Below, piece after piece: positions 63,701 to 64,000 of a DNA stretch of 64,000 nucleotides (positions within the stretch are counted from its first letter, which is position 1; every line of letters starts with the position of its first letter). The stretch spans positions 1 to 64,000 of IMG/VR virus record IMGVR_UViG_3300021256_000002; one strand, written 5' to 3'. Source of the DNA: a virus (Duplodnaviria > Caudoviricetes). Below the pieces are notes generated by a model that saw only the letters and a program-made list of their open reading frames with translations, was not told the DNA's origin and made no database searches. The position numbers were made by a program, and so were the translations under genes.

Positions 63701-63999
63701 AATTTAGATTCTGTGAAATCATCACCAATGAAGTACTCTTTGATTGGACGGAAAATATCCTTTACCAGCCATTCTTTCAATCCATCAAATGTAGATTTTA
63801 CATTCTCAATGATTGCTTCAAGAGCACCAACATTTTCATCTCCACCGAAGATTACTCGATAGAGTAGTTCATTCACAGTACCAAGAGCAGAAGCGATTAC
63901 TTCAGAAGGTTTCTGAATAAGCGAGTATTTAAGCTTATCTTTGAAGTCCTTCTTATCATATTCACGTTCATGGAGCTCTTCTTCATCGTAAATTTGCTC
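54742..63999 (-). CDS. Giant tape-measure/tail-lysin protein (5' end beyond window)
   Basis: Frame open to window edge; Gly/Ala hydrophobic stretches; two C39-like peptidase domains, phage tail lysozyme domain (GIMG..HES..GFGLAQWT), amidase_2 (VIHHSA..IGYHYVI..GHRE..TACPG). Confidence 0.85.
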   Translation of the reverse strand, partial: EQIYDEEELHEREYDKKDFKDKLKYSLIQKPSEVIASALGTVNELLYRVIFGGDENVGALEAIIENVKSTFDGLKEWLVKDIFRPIKEYFIGDDFTESKFYKSMQSFFDFLKGEKDENGVYSGGFMSEMANEMSDMRKEAANLITGKEQTLSDGTKIGENADSLAGTAKSGWSTFSNAFKDQYFGDQKDSQEAQRNAMGNLIDQLNDGRKVEPSEAKPKTESSEAKPEGNKALGGGVPKSGTYILSAGETILGNYARGTRRIARNKGKRLRQKITKTGAYFLNEGADVLPAGTGSPSDIEKSQAAEANFMGKTLNYVFGSVRGAQDKTNILLSDVRNVLADKIVPATEDTAKATKAINESSGTETSSSDEKKEDKPTKPSDKAIFAQIDGLMKSIVGGNEEIQKYRKKPLIDVVFDKISNAAAQFAGALGGSKRFDTEYVQKEYAAAIRAKAPSAISKGLVGGVAVGGLNAIGAFGTLGSLLLPGGPIGGIMVGLGVSMLHHNDSFLKMMYGEVGADGKRQGGVIPKSAIDWVEKNKTAILGGTAFGALKALTGFSVLGMLPGMGAAAATPIGALGMAGLEFIGPVLATVGIATAMRGDKMQKLLFGDPENADLKKTTGLLNGQMAKKVKQFLPNALVGAGGGYLGFSALNTMGLIGVAFQPWMGAILGGAMGIGLASDKFRDAMFGKMENGKFVSGGLVDQMKNFFKTEFITPAANFGLEMTNKASHFIKTEIMYPIAKAFEPYKAVIGVAAKKIGKTFDEFFTKTKNFTMEVFKTITWPFRKLATVLFDTGRKALAATIRTAAWAAGKAASAPLKLLSFMAPNFKDSEYAQAIEEGKQRADRFKEKADTDYEDRKKEIEARVESNDRRRKYYRKNGYKDTKYQLAAKTEEYYAEEKRIQESQKKAELDQAERDANIREQTELLRGILDRLGYFVDYADDHGRYRLVDAEGNVVHNTLNPDAQPVGSNIHGEGGAQETPREKTADGKPATVEHTLQSMDKTEAAALEQQKTADDRSHELQERQNELLQSSLGWWNKIKMGLGRGAGETVAKKVLGNKEVRDNIKKGMDLLPPELRSKVEDKYRDITGAELAEHLQNTTEEQTDTLVEKFDQVINAIVNGETPATVPAEGGTEEPKEKKKEPGTEIVEREKSQKEEYGKSDIKKYNEEQAKKKEGGWKATILKLLANISGNTDDHKKFRKDMLDWLKGTLGKLLLGAAGLGTIIASLKQLWDDWINDKWNAFSNQIASDIASIGLKTAEALKKHIVEAVESVGKHVSSAIDNLKRLIPGLSDDAAEQAAKNARRGVAREGAEAAAVTAARNGRGVVAKLAHGYNVGSGGYQKAATELIEAEGNYNRAISAADSYKFYDPQYSQELRQSASQIVESQADNANKIARSGSTNLQAIASGAETPETKGMLEKAGNIIGEMINWIKNQEIVKRVLGSENLAKFCDKLIGAWKTCKGPVLTKYLGKIAGLVAKFAGVALTGPVALIAIYTWDVYRGFNDAAELFQIRPDDVTPQMRLFCAAYNCLIDTNPYTPWLDLLITLIQDMTGGALPFKTALLTMMYEFVSMGMTDVSEKQKSFKDELAGVNAWRKENGKEEMSALEYSKYLEEEHERENPGVMSTIWKATDSVAETAGAWKTSITNMIDNTIFGTPTVDSETGEEIAPGNENALLPRFYRWTDDVAAMIPSVDDVAGYLFGKDAWEHTSENMKDQPFPLKVYGVLNSYIFGNDPSSDTYDERFQTVTMEDSVLYGILRGIKNTFDSFHASVSTMRKDLDTWFTTAKNDAAEWFTGGEESGKYGGKSCFVRALETIGEGFRSIAKGADEGIKTIRDNIASFVGFMNEKTNEAGKFLTETGESIVEFFTGPPTLSERASKALDDAWEWFSGGTENGKYKGKCVLRRGLETIFDGINGVLKSAMPKISNEIQYVVDSIGKFYNSASKAVGAAVDVVMGAIKNPVDFASKLFGGLMDMAKGDVKKSSDIWSAVFKDSKGGGFGGTLIPNIFGGRGLKQNSGAWANTPVKAGHPELGTIKDGGCGIAGLLNNANSSGINMGLKEAQSAISSNNIARDGSGLTGQFFKDAAAKSGNSFNQVGTDTPADMEKALGSGKSLIAGVQTGQGGHYVNARGLIKRGGKAYTMVDDPAGGSALMSTKALSGYINGPRSPRVLGYMSKGRSAGGRGGWLYGGFGNKMFMPQQSTNSNCTLTAAAALINAYKGTDTTSSNYDFGGSNWWYKSVLGLPAEEKIFSPGEGDAFVNYLESNFGANPEHPMMLYQVGGDGSSGSHPLNRGGGAHATVVGRRLSDGTYEVYDSNGGMIHKLNASQIFDPSAKGNSQGYSSGQGNILFNPTIQPSDKIDSWSASGKTSDETSAKSNGSAGSKSSGSTAKMGLFAKLSKAIGGILGQATEMALTGNIHEIDVDALMRDSSDSGRSSAGSGDFNSTGNNEQDMWDYLTTNGYTKEAAAGIMGPWKHESGIQPKRVEWDTASSFPGYDEIATNSNARNAHTENLFNNYASQGLSIEHSAYKGSDGTYYPGFGLAQWTGPRGQALLEFAKSSGGHWYDIGNQIKYFNQEMDNKVRNIGKDDLNNAGSVEAATDVFTRYYEGNTTESYFPPRRAAAREIYNKYKDRVPQPKTNGGITNIPGLNITGQPLSSGDDRAKTEGVVIHHSASPNNADWSADYMNKLHQSQGWNGIGYHYVIRQDGTVERGRDEGAMGAHAKRDETATSFLGNQNAIGINLTGDFSGQYSPSAGQIDSAKKLIGGLSKKYNFPIDRQHVVGHREVSNTACPGDNLYAMLPDIVSGAKQYGGSGGPLIPKDFGGKGYIHGGTGPKLQAVIKILKAILPAATFAALEECLAEYPAISNLLEIIGAASPTAIIDIIDNAFEINSKLQSGEMTYAQYAAKYSGNGDSYDGGNGKPLIKPPKMYRSRSGGKGFGGLSSMMHNGGMGSTDDFLPMSHNQFVFDNHINTPNGADSTSILNMMKYLSIKAEAKVMIEYLKRIADNTFGGMKVNVTGGGSSPLINGGKGYTDQTSFKLPSERPTMNKADFEASQRLTNPGGNNGLSAMHMKNLEIARGGSFRSL

Positions 64000-64000
64000 A

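Overview
AT-rich 64 kb segment of a jumbo myophage of the AR9/PBS1/phiKZ-like type, in the standard genetic code. It encodes a DnaB helicase, a RecD/Dda-like helicase, GyrB and GyrA, three split multisubunit RNA polymerase pieces, baseplate and virion proteins, tRNA-Tyr, a holin-like gene plus M15 endolysin, an OFA-family MFS transporter and a giant (>3000 aa, truncated) tape-measure/tail-lysin protein. Two closely related group I introns interrupt the RNAP beta gene (ORF-less) and a protein-kinase-like gene (HNH-carrying). The most striking locus is 44.5-54.7 kb. A complete diversity-generating retroelement (target-avd-TR-RT; 120 bp TR/VR with 17 mismatches, all at TR adenines) diversifies a tail-fibre tip. 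The same gene has an internal ACAGTGG (Q-W) junction that recurs, in opposite orientation and in frame, at the start of six start-less alternative C-terminal cassettes, five of them stacked head-to-tail. This suggests a two-tier receptor-switching system (shufflon-like domain swapping plus DGR hypermutation), although no recombinase gene is recognisable in the window. All assignments come from motif reading by eye; no database searches were run.
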